Below, in pieces: positions 49,190 through 62,558 of a stretch of 64,000 bases of DNA. Position 1 is the first letter of the stretch, and every line of letters begins with the position of its first letter. The DNA is taken from positions 70,370,001 to 70,434,000 of the forward strand of contig CM060732.1 in the NCBI GenBank assembly GCA_030704615.1. Reading direction: 5' to 3'. The position numbers were made by a program, and so were the translations under genes. The stretch is from Takakia lepidozioides (Eukaryota; Plantae; Bryophyta). The notes below the pieces were generated by a model, which searched no databases, was not told the origin of the DNA, and saw only the letters and a program-made list of their open reading frames with translations.

Positions 49190-52131
49190 TCTTTGCCTAT
49201 TTGCAGAATTCAACATGTCGCCATGCACCTCTTTGCCCTTTTCCAGGGCTGCCAGGCTTGCACACGCATTGTAAACGCACACAAATGTGATGTGGTCGGG
49301 CTTCACCCCTTCGCACATCATTTGCTCATACGTCTCCAAAGCCTCCATCCCGCGCCCCTGCTGTGCATACCGTGCAATCATCGCGTTCCACGACACCACA
49401 TCTCGTTCAGCCATACTATCGAACACTCCCTTTGCATCCTCGATGCTCCCACATTTTGCATACATGTCCACCAGGGCAGTGTTCTCGCAGTGTTCAGGAT
49501 CACATCTGGTACAATTCGAGCTTTGACAATGTCGCCATGCACCTCTTTGCCCTTTTCCAAGGCTGCAAGGCTTGCACACGCACTGCAAACGCATACAAAT
49601 GTGATGTGGTCGGGCTTCACTCCTTCGCACATCATTTGCTCATATGTCTCCAAAGCCTCCATCCCGCGTCCTTGCTGTGCATACCCTGCAAGCATCGCAC
49701 TCCACAAACACCACATTTCGTTCAGCCATGTTTTTGAACACTCCCTTTGCACCCTCGATGCTCCCACATTTGGCATATATGTCCACCAGGGCAGTGTTCA
49801 AAATGACATCTGGTACAAATCCAGCTTAGACGATGTCACCATGGACTCTTTCACCTTTTCCAGAGCTCCCAGCCTTGCACACGCATTGCAACACAAACAA
49901 ACGTGATGTGGTTGGGCTTCACCCTTCGCACAACAGTTGCTCATAGGTCTCCAATGCATTCCTACCACACCCATCCTTGGTAATTCTGCCAATAATATAT
50001 TCCACGTGATCAAAGATCGTTGAGGCATTCTGTTGAACACTTGGTGAACATCCATGATGCTTTTGCACTTAACATACATGTTGACAAGGGTGTTGAGAAG
50101 AAAAACATTTGGTGTGAATCCACTTTGGATAATGTGAGTGTGCACCTGCTTTCCAGCTTCCAGGCCTAGAGCCTCTTTCAGTCTGCCTGCCTCACAAAGC
50201 ATCTTCACAGGCCCAGAAGTGCCAGAAGACACATTGTGGACTCCCTCTCTTGATCCTGTAGTCCCAGAAGTTGTGGTCATGGTTGAGGTGTCTGATTTTA
50301 TCAACTGTGCTGCTGCAGCTGCTGCCTTTAGTTGACCATATACCCATGCAGGTTTCTTGTAGCTATTGATCCACAGGGAATCATAGGTAATCTTGTGCTT
50401 GAAATCTGGCCCTCTTGGATGCATCTGTACCCACACTCTACCCCTGCTCCTTCAGCTATCCATGCCTCTGCACAAATCATGCATTCATCATTGCCTTGCT
50501 GCTAGCAGCTGACAATGACAGCCTAGATTGTTCTAGGAAAAACACAACTCAGCTTATCACACTAGTTCCTATGCTGACTTGTGTCTGCTACTCTCTTTAA
50601 TCTAACAGGCATTCACCTTTTAGCCTCAGTTATACCATCATTGACTGGTGTTCGAAAAGTATTCATTCCACAGCTTCTCCTCATCTCTGTTACCTGTTTT
50701 TTGATACTTTCCTATTCTGAAATTGGCAGTATCATGTCAAAGTCACTCCAAACTAGATTCACTCAACCAGCTAACTTGCAGAATTCAACATGGAGATTTA
50801 GGGCGGATTCTGATAAGAAGGAAAAACAAGGTGAAATGTGTTGAAGAAGGTGCCTTGATTAGCAGTGCCTGATTTTATCCATTGTGTCGCCGTTGCTGCG
50901 GCTTCCAGTTGACCATCTGTTTCTTGTAGCTATACTCCACAGGGAATCATCGGTAATCTGGAGCTTGAAATCCGGGCCTCTTGGATGAATCTGGACCCAC
51001 AATCTATCCTTGCACTCCTTCAGCTATCCATGGCTGTATACCAATCGTGAATACATCCTCAGCCTTGCTGCAGCTAGCAGCTGAAGCAGCTGACACTGAA
51101 GCTCTAACCCTAACTACAGTAACATGTCAAAATCACTCCAAAAACCACCATAGATCCACCAACGAGCTTTTCCTCATCTATGTTTATTGTTTTTGGATAC
51201 TTTCCTGCCGCCACATCGGTAATAACTTGTCAAAGTCACTCCTAACCACCACAGATCCACCCAACGAGCTAACTTACAGAATTCAATATGCATCTCAGGG
51301 CCGAGTCTGATGAGGGCGTAAAACAGGCAGAAATAGGCTCAAGAAGAAGGTGCCCTCACCACATTGTCCACCTTGACCTTGTGTCATGACCCATGGAGGA
51401 TTTGACCAACCATCAACCCAAAGAACCTCTTGTGTGTGCTGCTTGTGTCTGTAGTCAGGTACTGTCGGATTGGTCTGTGAGAACCACCACGGTGCAGTTG
51501 AGCAGGCAGAGATTGAAAGACGACATGCTAAGACCAAGCTGACTTTCCCAAGAACCTTGTAAACATCAGGAAGAATACCAAATCGTGGTACTAACAGGAG
51601 CCAAGAGCCCACATTTGCAGGATGGAGAAACTCCTTCACATCGTACATTAAGAAAAAGCCACACCTTGCTATTGCGGTTGTCGCACCATCATGAAGGATC
51701 TTAAAAAAAACTCATGCCAGCTCTGCTCCGTGCTGCAAATTCAAGGCCGAGTCTGAGGAGAGGGCAAAACAGGTCTGACCATGAACCCAAGAGGACCTCT
51801 TGTGTGTGCTGCTTGTGTCTGTAGTCAGGGGTGTCGGATTGGTCCATGAGAACCACCACGGTGCAGCTGAGCGGGCAGAGATTGAAACATGGCCTGCTAA
51901 GACCAAGCTGACTCTCCCAAGAACCATGTAAACATGAGGAAGAATACCAAATCGTGGTACTAACAGGAGCCAAGAGCCCACATTTGCAGGATTGACAAAC
52001 TTCTTCACATCATACATTAAGAAAAAGCCACACCTTGCGATTGCGGTTGTCCCACTATCTGGAAGGATCTGTAAACAACTCATGCCAGCTCTGCTCCGTG
52101 CTCCAAGGCAACGGTTTGTGCTCCGACACAC
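49190..52131 (-). pseudogene. PDF motif + PLS-PPR pseudogene with duplicated 5' segments, 3'-truncated
   Basis: EEKLWNEYFSNTSQ*WYN*G*K | intron 50616-50425 | MHPRGPDFKHKITYDSLWINSYKKPAWVYGQL, in frame with LCEAGRLKEAL and PLS motifs; extra PDF half at ~50900-50995; targeting-peptide-like block present twice (~51300-52131). Confidence 0.85.
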
Positions 52132-52990
52132 AGAGCAATCAGCACCTGCCGGCCCATGCCCTTGCTAAGAAAATCCTGCCATCATTGCAATCCACGAGAC
52201 TACATTGCGTTCAGGCATTTCGAAAAACACTCGTCGTGCATCCACTATACTTCCGCTCATGCCAGCTCTAAACCCTAAACACAAAGCCCGCCTTGCGATT
52301 GTACTCAATCCTCGCTCCTCTCCAGAAGCCCCGCAACTTCCAAACTACAGCTCACTAGCTTTCACGATGCTATCACGATGCTTTGGATGCAGACCCCAAA
52401 AACACTAAGTCCCAGCCTGCACATTGCGACTTAGCAACCCTAAATTCGAGCCAAGTGCATTATCATTCGTTCATACGTTCATCCAGTGCACAAAAATTAT
52501 GTTTGATACGTTCATCCAATAGTTGCCAGCAAGGTGTTTGTTTATCATTCCTTCAGATAAACATTTGTTTTGTTTCACTAACCTTTCATACGTTCATCCA
52601 ATAGCTGCCAGCAAGGCATTTGTTTATCATTCGTTCAGATATTTCAGTTGTTATGTTTCACTACCCTCAACCAGCACACGAGTAGTTTATTATTAATGTG
52701 TTGGGTCAGTGAAAAAATAGTTAAATATTTTTACTTCTTATTATCTACATATATATTGCTATATAATTTATATATTGTTATTACACGTGCCATTGCTTAA
52801 CTGGTTGTCTCAGTCAGTTCATTTTAGGTAGTCAAAGTCTCTCACTACAGTCAAAATTTTCGCGGTTGTCTAGCACCTCGAATATCTTAATATAAATTTT
52901 GACTGCAAAATGGTTGGAACAGTCGAAAGTGACAACAGTCAACGCCAGCATCAAGCTAAATCGTCGAAATTACAAAGGGTGTGTTGTAGT

Positions 52991-53214
52991 GTGGCAAGCC
53001 CTGATTGAGTACTTGGATGCCATCCGGGTGTCTGTCCAGATAGGATGCCACCTCATTCTATTTTAGAGATAAACTAGCTGTTAACATAAGACAATACTTA
53101 GTTTAAAAATAGATTGTTTCCAGATGGTTTCATCCAAGCCATTTCAACGGTCATCATCCAACGTCTGTTCATCCAAATGTCGAAAAGGTAGGTAGAAGGA
53201 ATCTGGCCATCACA
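52991..53214. mobile_element. Partial LTR (right half), partner of 42745-43198
   Basis: Matches 42973-43198; ends ...GGCCATCACA followed by ACCT. Confidence 0.85.
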
Positions 53215-53582
53215 ACCTGAAGAGCCAATATGACGCAGCTCAGGCTATCTCGTGGAGAAATCTTGAAGAGGCGAACAACAATCTCAAAAAGAGAGAGGAC
53301 GCCGAACATGTGCAGAAACATGAATGCAGCATCTGTTACAATGAGTTGGATCCACCTTGCAGCACGCAACCCAACTTGGATGGCAGTGGCACTAATCTGA
53401 AACGATTGTTGCCGAGCTGCTCCACAAGCGATCTGGAGAAGCCAAGAAAGAGGAGTTGTTTATATCCGTGCGGCCGTACTTGCTTTTGTATGGAATGTTC
53501 GCTAAGAATCTGGAGTGGGGAAAAACGATGTCCTATGTGTAAGAGACGCGTGACCCAGAAACCAATATACACATATTCCTGA
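53215..53582 (+). pseudogene. RING exon of the inverted XS-RING copy, right of the LTR insertion
   Basis: Near-identical to 36492-36860 (-); RING His changed to Arg (PCGRTCFC). Confidence 0.9.
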
Positions 53583-54136
53583 TGACGCTGTGGCGGTGCA
53601 CTTCATAAAGATCATAAATTTGTTAGTCAATTCAAGGCTTCTGTTCAGATTGCATTGATTCAGCATTGCATTCTTCAGAGTTCAAATCTGACTCTAGGGC
53701 CTTGTAATCTTAGATGTATCACCTCAAGTGCAATGCACCACATCCAGCTTCAGATTGGATTCACTGGTGGCTGCAGGTATTTTGAACATTTGGTAATATT
53801 GTATTGTAGTGCAAAGGTCTACTGCCCAGGTTTAGCAGATCACACAGGTCCAGGTCAGGAAGAAAGTAGAGGACCATTTCGAAGATGGTAATGATCCATA
53901 GCCCAGTGAAATACATCAGTAGAGCAGAAGTCCATATGGAATTTGTATGGTGAGCACATATCTATCTGCCAACGCTGCAACCACTTGTTTGCGATCAAGA
54001 GCAGCAACATTTGTCAAAAAAACATATGCATTCTACTGAAACTTCTTTTCTTTGGTTGAAGATCTAATGTACAACACTGACAAGAAACTGGTCAATTCAT
54101 CACAAGAGATCATTCCTGTAACTTAAGGACAGACTA

Positions 54137-56547
54137 GGGAATTCCAAAAAGGCCTTGATGTGAAATGCCTTGCAATTCACTTGATCACCCCCCTAAAAGT
54201 GCGCAATTCAATTCAATTGAACTGCTAAAACTAGCTTAAAAACAACCCTAGTTTGCAATTCAATTGAATTGTCGGCACATCATTCAATTGAATTGCTGAC
54301 TACAATTGAATTGAATTGTAATCTATAATTTTTAACTTTTTTTCTGTATATATTGTATATATATGTACATATTTAAATTATACATATACTCATACAAAAG
54401 TATAAGCTAAAAATACATGTTGCCCGTCTATTCTTGCTGTCTGTCAATCCTTTGCCCGTGGTAAGGCTTGAACCCGAGATAAGCCTAAGGGAGAGCGAAA
54501 GAGGGAGAGAGAAAGAGGGTCAATCCTTTGCCCGTGGTAAGGCTTGAACCCGAGATAAGCCTAAGGGAGAGCGAAAGAGGGAGAGAGAAAGAGGAAGTCA
54601 CGAAGCGCTTGTAAAAGCGGGATTGTCCCTCTTTGTGGATGTTGGTGCCAATATATGGCTATGTACATATACCAAACATGATACCAATGTAAGAGTATCA
54701 ACGAGTAAGAGTTTGATATATTAAACTTTATATGGAACACACATCCCAACTTCAACATGATACCTTTGTAAGAGTATCGAAACAATATTATTTTTGATAG
54801 ATGAACATATCATTTGTTTTCTTTGTCCTGGGCCAGATACTAGTGTTAGGGGACTACATGATGATGCGGGGGAAGCCTTTCATCAATTGTCAGGTTTGAT
54901 TTTGTCTGTTTCTTTCAGAGCCAGCCATGTTTCTTTTGCCAGTGAATCAGAGGAAGCTGCTGATCTCTCTCCCTCTCTGGCTCTCCCTTTCTCGCTGAGG
55001 CTGAGGCTTCACAACTCCACAATTTCCTCAAGGGCACAAGAAAGAGGGGCAGCAAGAATAGATGGGCAACATGTAGTTTTAGCTTATACTCTTATATGTG
55101 TATAAGTACAATTTGAATATATACATATACATATATATATTATATATTATATACAGAAATAAGTTAAAAAAATTATAGATTACAATTCAATTCAAATGTA
55201 GTCAGCAATTGAATTGATTTGCAAATTCACAATTCAATTGAATTGCAAATTAGGGTTGTTTTCAAGCTAGTTTTAGCAGTTCAATTGAATTGCCCTTGCA
55301 ATTCAATTGAATTGCGCACTTTTAGGGGGGTGATCAAGTGAATTGCAATGCATTTCACATCAAGGCCTTTTTGGAATTCCCTAGTAACTGCTAAAACTAG
55401 CTTGAAAACAACCCTAATTTGCAATTCAATTGAATTGTCAGCACACGATTCAATTGAATTGCGAATTGGTAATTCAATTGAATTGCTGACTACAATTCAA
55501 TTGAATTGCAATCTATTATTTAAAACTTATTTCTGTATATTATATATATATATATAATATATATATATATATATTCAAATTGTACTTATACACATATAAG
55601 AGTATAAGCTAAAACTACATGTTGCCCGTCTATTCTTGCTGCCCCTCTTTCTTGTGCCCTTGAGGAAATTGTGGAGTTGTGAAGCCAGCCTCAGCCTCAG
55701 CGAGAAAGGGAGAGCTAGAGAGGGAGAGAGATCAGCAGCTACCTCTGATTCACTGGCAAAAGAAACATGGCTTGCTCTGAAAGAAACAGACAAAATCAAA
55801 CCTGACAATTGATGAAAGGCTTCCCCCGCATCATCATGTAGTCCCCTAACACTAGTATCTGGCCCAGGACAAAGAAAACAAATGATATGTTCATCTATCA
55901 AAAATAATATTGTTTCGATACTCTTACAAAGGTATCATGTTGAAGTTGGGATGTGTGTTCCATATAAAGTTTAATATATCAAACTCTTACTCGTTGATAC
56001 TCTTACATTGGTATCATGTTTGGTATATGTACATAGCCATATATTGGCACCAACATCCACAAAGAGGGACAATCCTGCTTTTACAAGCGCTTCGTGACTT
56101 CCTCTTTCTCTCTCCCTCTTTCGCTCTCCCTTAGGCTTATCTCGGGCTCAAGCCTTACCACGGGCAAAGGATTGACAGACAGCAAGAATAGACGGGCAAC
56201 ATGTATTTTTAGCTTATACTTTTGTATGAGTATATGTATAATTTAAATATGTACATATATATAATATATATAGAAAAAAAGTTAAAAATTATAGATTACA
56301 ATTCAATTCAATTGTAGTCAGCAATTCAATTGATTTGCAAATTCACAATTCAATTGAAGTGCAGTCAACAATTCAACTGAATTGTCAACTAGCAATTCAA
56401 TTGAATCGTGTGCCGACAATTCAATTGAATTGCAAACTAGGGTTGTTTTCAAGCTAGTTTTAGCAGTTCAATTGAATTGCGCACTTTTAGGGGGGGTGAT
56501 CAAGTGAATTGCAATGCATTTCACATCAAGGCCTTTTTGGAACTCCC
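54137..56547. mobile_element. Palindromic dimer of a long-TIR non-autonomous DNA transposon
   Basis: Unit 1 54137-55381 has ~300-bp TIRs beginning GGGAATTCCAAAAAGGCC and rich in CAATTCAATTG; unit 2 55386-56547 is its inverted copy missing ~85 bp of the inner TIR; TA flanks. Confidence 0.85.
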
Positions 56548-56965
56548 TAAACAGACACCGCTGGGAGATGCACAAGTACGGCCAGGTGCATATATATCTG
56601 ATGTGGCCGCTATGCAAGATTGTATATGCACTCCAGCACACTCGGTTAGTAGCGATCACATATTTAAATCACACATATACTTCCACATCATTATCAAACA
56701 GTGTGTTAGTGGTCAGTGGGACCTGGGTCTCGGGTTCAAACTTCAAACCTTGTGAGCTGTCTACCTTTAGGCTGGGGCTCTCACCATGTTTGTCTGGACG
56801 GTCTTGAAAGGGGTTTACGTATTGGCTCCGAGTCCCTAAGGAGTGACCAGACTATTTTCTCCTGATGTATCTTCCCCAGTTAATACCTAATCAGATCATA
56901 CTTATTACTTTCCCCCATAAATATCCATTTTCATTATACTCGAGATTCTCATCCACCTATTGTTA

Positions 56966-57260
56966 GTGTTTTTTTTTTCATATTTCCAAAATCACCGGCG
57001 CGGCCACCTGTGAATTCCACGCAATGCCCATGTGGCGAGAATATCGAGGTGACAAAGTTAGAAAAGTGACTATATTCCAGGTGTCATGTTTTCATTGGTG
57101 CACCTCGGGAAGAAATATATATCCTGGTGCGTTTTGGCGAAAATCTCTGATTCTACTCCCCATAATTCCTTTGTACAAGTAGCTGATCGAGTTTCCAGGT
57201 TGAAATCTGGCGATTTTTCGCCAGAGACAAAAAAAAAAAAAAAAAAAAAAAAAATCCTAG
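56966..57260. mobile_element. Small insertion (MITE-like) with a TTGTTA target duplication
   Basis: Absent from the paralogous site at ~35660 (CCTATTGTTACCC on -); poly-T start, poly-A end, TTGTTA on both sides. Confidence 0.6.
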
Positions 57261-57639
57261 TTTGTTACCCATTCATTTAGAATTTGGTGAGTGTTATAAT
57301 TTCATTATATTTATTAAATGGTTAAATTAGGTTTCTGCTTAGAAATTAGCTAGAAACTAGGGATAATAATATTATAATTAATAATTTACATTTCTATTTC
57401 AGCTTAGAAAAGCCTACTTAAATAGTATTTCTTAAATTTGCCTTTGAAAATCTACTTCTAATGAGGGCGGAGATCCCCTCTCGCACTTGTCTCCACTATC
57501 TGCCAAATGTCCATCCTCCTATTTGACTTTACCACTATCTTTTAATGGTCCAGCTACTTTAGCCCCTTGTAGTTGTCGAGTCATTCTCATCTTTGAACTT
57601 TCTACTTTAATATTGTGTGGCTCTTTTTGTTTGCTTGGG

Positions 57640-58530
57640 GTCTTCATGTGCTCAACCGGCTGAGCTGGCCCCAGTTCTTGAGCAAGTCCCCAACCTTAGC
57701 CCCCGCTCGGCGATTTTGGCGATGTCTAGCTCTGTTAGATGTGCAAGTACATTTTTGGGCTCCGCTTCTTTCTCATGATTTGCAGAAAGTACCCCGATCA
57801 ATCTTTCTCACACGTATCGCACTGCATTGCTCCCAACTTGATACTCTCTCCCATCATAACATCTCCCATACACTGCTGCTGTAAGATTCTTATATCTAGT
57901 GGAGGAAGCCCATGCCTACATCTGTTGCGGCATTTAAACGTGCCTCTTCTTTCGTCATTTGGCCAAGGAGCTGGGCTTCTGACTGCAGGGAAAGTTGTTC
58001 TTGACACTGGGACCCGCTGGTCAAACATGAATGACATTGTCCATGAAGGTAGCACAAAGATAAAATTACCAACAAACTCCTGCAGCAAGAAAATATTAAC
58101 AACACCCTGTATTTCTGGCTGAGAATCCTTGTCATGCATCTCACCACCAATGTTCACTATGAGCAAACCTGAGGAATCAGTCACAGATAGTTGCGACGGA
58201 TATCAGAATGCTAAAAAACTAATCCCTTGAAATCCCACATTGTGAGAGGAGGAAATTCAGACCTATTTGAGATGGGGAAAGGAAGCAAGGAAGCAATAGC
58301 TGCAAATACAACAGTTAGTCTGTCACCTATATGAAACATGTCCTTCCACATGAACCCATGGGTATCTGTTTTCAGCTACAGTAACTTCTGATCTACATGG
58401 ACCTCCATTTGAATTGAATTCTATCACAGATGTGCAGGAAATGCATATTGTGACAGACTTGGCATCTCCTAGGGCACTCTACCTCTCCATTGATGTGCTG
58501 TAGGATACCGGTTCTCTTTGATGTGACCAT
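57640..58530 (-). pseudogene. KNL1: Diverged KNL1 paralog relic (Spc7-like region)
   Basis: GSQCQEQLSLQSEAQLLGQMTKEEARLNA versus GSQCQGQLFLQSEAQLLGPKAKEEARLNA in the main gene. Confidence 0.7.
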
Positions 58531-59777
58531 CAGTCGTGTTTATTGTAAAAGAAGACAAGGGAATTAGGGCGTGTAGCAAACTTGTCATCTTCCAGGTAAA
58601 CTTGGCAAAGAAGATGGATACCCATATTTAGGGGTCTGATATACGACTGTAGGCAACGGCATGTTTCCTGCCTCAACGTCCGATCGCTATCACATCAAAG
58701 ACAATTTAAGAGCGCTTGACCTCGATGACAAAGCGCCTTATGGGCTATATTTTTAAACAAGTACACATGCTCTTGGTCACATGAGTACACATGCTCTTGG
58801 TCGTGATCTTTGTTTACGCCCGAACATGCTATGAACAAGGATCAAGCATGGGTTCCTATGTATTTTGGTTTGCTAAAATGAACGACGTTGCATTGTGGTT
58901 AGCTACAATGGCCCGCAATCGATCTTTTTTCCTAGGTAGATATTTAAATATTTGTGTGTGAAATTAATTCAATGAGTTTTTAAGGAGTCTTAGGCTCCCA
59001 TTAAAAATCCAAAAGAGGTTTTACCCAGCGGTAGTCGCCGACCGGAATTTTGTTGTGTTAATGGTGCGAGAGAAGTTTCAGCCCCAAGCGTCAATTTGTC
59101 CACACCCTAAAAATTTGCTCCGCAATGGAAACTACGTTTTCACGGGGATTTGTGGTGGTTGAACACAATGGACCGGCAAATTCGTGGGGACTACAATGGG
59201 TACCACAAACCCTTCTCATATGGTTTGTGTAGCTATAACTTCTTTCTAGTACAATTTATGCTTAATCAATTTTGAACTTCATAAAATTTTGTGACACCAA
59301 GTGGCACTAATTGAAGTGACACTCTCTTGGTGGCACTAGAGTGGAGTGACATTCCCTTCAGTGCCACCCCCGTTCAATGTTAGTCTGACATAATTCTGAT
59401 CATGGCACCCCGTCTTGTGTCACTCCTAAGAGGGTAGGAAAGATTTCACATGCAAAAAACCAGCGTACAATGTTATGAGAGATTGCATATACATTAAGTT
59501 CTTAAGTTATTGATATTGTTTTCATAATGCTCCCTACTCGGCTTTGGGAAAGAAAAGGAGCTACACTTAAGTGTTGTACCACTTTTTACATTTTTTATTC
59601 ATGAATAAGACACGATGGGTGTGACCCACATGCTGGGTGTGACCCACATGCATTGCCGGATATTTCTCTGAAATGTGACCCTAAAATTGCAAAAAAGACG
59701 TGTTTGTTGGACTTAAGAATAATCAATTTTGCATTTGGAAACAACCATGAACACCCGCAAGATATCACATGAAACAC

Positions 59778-62557
59778 AACAGGTAGCCTCCCAATCTAGC
59801 ACTTGCTCAATTAGATAGATTTTACTGCTCTGCTCACTTGTTGACCTGGTCTATCAGATCTCCAATTGTCCCTATCTCCTTTGGATTTGACCACTCCGCA
59901 ATCCAAATTTCTCTCCACACCCCAGGGTCCAGAGTCAGGGGTAGGGGCTTCTTTAAGCTAAATCCATCTCTCCTCTCTGACCTAGAGGTTATAAATACTT
60001 TTCAGAGGGCTTGGTCCTTTGCTGACCCCTTCTCCTCCCCCACTCTGCTTTTTCTTTCCAAACTCAACACTGTGAAGAACATTTGCATGGAGCTATCTAG
60101 AAAGAAGGCATAAGAGTCTTCTCGCAGAGAGAAAGCCCTTACAAAGTGCCTTCATGTCTATCAGTTTCAAATGCAGATCGGTAGGGACAACCCCCAAACC
60201 TATGTCTCGTACAAAACTGTCAAGACGAACCGACCCTTGTTTTATCATTCAAGGGAGCAGTTTATAAAAATCAAGGCTGGGGTTAACTGGTCGCTTAAGG
60301 GAGAGAAAATGTCTAAATATTTCCTTGCTAAAGCTGCTCAATGGCAGGCTTCCACTCTCATTACTTCTCTACGTGTTGCTCTGGTCTTTCCTCCTCTGTT
60401 CCCAAGAAAATGTCCAGCATTGTTGCAGACTTCTTCAAGCAGCTCTTTGGAAAAAGACCTCACACACCTATGGTGGAGGAAGCCAAGAATTACGCTATTA
60501 CAGAATATCCCTTGCTTGTTGACTGCTATTGACAAGGTCAAGATGGCTGAGCCTTTCACGGTGGAGGAGCTGGGTAGGGCAGTGGATGCATTGGCTTCTA
60601 TGAAAAGTCCGGGACCTGATGGCTTGTCGATTGAATTATTCAAATCTCTTTGGATGACTATTGGGGGGGATTTTCCGCTCATGGCTAATGACATCTTTGA
60701 GAAACATATGATGCCCTCTCAAATGTCTGAGGGTCTCATAACCTTGATCTACAAAAAATGAGAGAGAGACAATGTTGCTAACTATCGTCCCATCACCCTC
60801 CTCAATTCGACGTACAAAAGGCTCTGGTTTTAAGAATCCAACCCTTGTTGCCCAAAATTATAAGAAAGGACCAGATTGGTTCTCTAAAAAATCGTATGAT
60901 ACTCGATAACATTCTGTTGGTGCATAAAGCACTCCATAGAGCTTCTTTGAATAACCAGCCCCTGGCCCTCCTTATGCTGGATTTCAGAAAAAAATTGACT
61001 CAATTGATTGGACTTTCCTCCTAGCTGCCTTGGATAAATAAGGTCTTCATGGGGTCTTCCTGTCTTGGGTCAATAGTATTGCTGCAGTATGCTTCCAGTA
61101 AATTGCTAGTTAATGGGGTGATCTCCCAATTTTTCCCTATTTCTAGGTCAATTAGGCATGTGCAAGCTGTGATGACTAAGCTGAAGAGAACTTTGGCCCA
61201 TTGGAGTTCTTCTATGCTTTCCATTGCAGGAAGAGCATTGGTGGCCAACCCGTGCTACTTGCCTCTACTTGGTAATTTTCTGCTGCTGTCTGGGATCCAG
61301 GTACCTCGATGGTGAAAGAGATAAAGGCTTTGATTCAAAACTTTATTTGGGGTGCAACCACGCAAACCCCAGTGAGAAGGGCCCTGTGATTTCTTGAGAA
61401 GGACACTGCCAGCCTAAGATCGAAGAGGGCCTCGACATTATTGACCTTGCATCGTAGATAAATGCTTTTTTGGCCAAATGGATTCGGAGAGCTCTTTGAC
61501 TCACAGCCACAGCCCATGGAGCAAGCTAATTCAACCTTATTTGATGGGAGCTATGCCTTCCTCATAGTTCCTCTAATTGTGGGCTCAATCCCTGTGTTGG
61601 ATTGTTCAAGGCAGAAACACTAATGTGCAGTTGGGATCTCGTCTGTGGCAATCAATCTGGGCAGCATGGTAATCCATAAGGTGCTCCCCTACCCAAACAC
61701 CCCCCACAAATTTATGCTGAGGCATTGCGTCAACCTCTCTTCGGGAATTACAATATGGATTCTGAAATGCTTTTGCTCAATGGCCTAAATAGGCTTTTTG
61801 TAGAAATTCATGCCTACATGGCTCCCTTACTCAATGCAGGAGAAGACAATTGGAGCCTGCCTGTGTGGATGGCCTTAAATGGCGTTGACGAACAATGTCA
61901 TCTTTGTTCTTTTTGTGTAAGGGCACATTGCTTCGGGTATGGCCTTTGTGGCAAACCTAGAAGGTGATGATCTGTAGTTGAGAGGTCAGCTGGACATGCA
62001 TAAAAGCTCCTTATTCCCCATTAGGGTGGTTGATGGATGGGAAACAATACCCCAACCCTTGCCAGGGGCACGCCAGGGGACATGAAGTTCAGTGGGCTCT
62101 TCACTCAAAATTCACATGGTCCTGTTGTACCCCCTGGCTGCTTTGCAGTTTGACCCAGGGGAGTGGAAGTGGATGGACGACCAACAATCCTTTTTTTTTG
62201 CCTATTATGTGAAGCTGGGTTACAAGTTGCTGAGGCCAACCACGTCTTTCCACTCAAGATGGGAGGAAAAGTTCCCAGGGCACGTACACCCTGACACAAA
62301 TCAACTGGGACTTGGTGTGGAAAGAGATCTGGAGAAAGGAAAGACTGGAGAAAATCTCGGGTTTTTTGTGGAAACTTGTGCACATAATCCTACTTGTCCA
62401 CGCCAAGACCCTCCTCAACAACACCTCCTGCATTTATGTAATGCTCAGCCAGAATCCATTGAGCATTGCTTGGCTGAATGCCACCTCTCCGCTAAAATCT
62501 GGAGGGTGGTGTTGAGGTTTTACGCAAATTGGGCTTCATTTCCCCCCCCCCCCCCCC
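59778..62557 (+). mobile_element. LINE ORF2 remnant (same family as 2932-7300); RT core deleted
   Basis: GFDHSAI, KAGVNWSLKGEKM, KSPGPDG, NYRPITLLN; jumps from ISRSIRH to post-RT sequence with no QG or YADD motif; C-terminal C..ESIEHC..C. Confidence 0.88.
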
Positions 62558-62558
62558 A

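Noticed and set aside
49094-49906. 270-aa + strand ORF
   Set aside because: Antisense shadow of the PPR repeats on the - strand
54561-56134. Duplicated 74-aa and 103/108-aa ORFs as genes
   Set aside because: They are mirror products of the palindrome, start at non-ATG codons and have no recognisable protein features
58540-59777. Specific transposon call for the region with GTGACAC/GTGGCAC motifs
   Set aside because: Repeat-like, but no termini, TSD or coding motif could be identified
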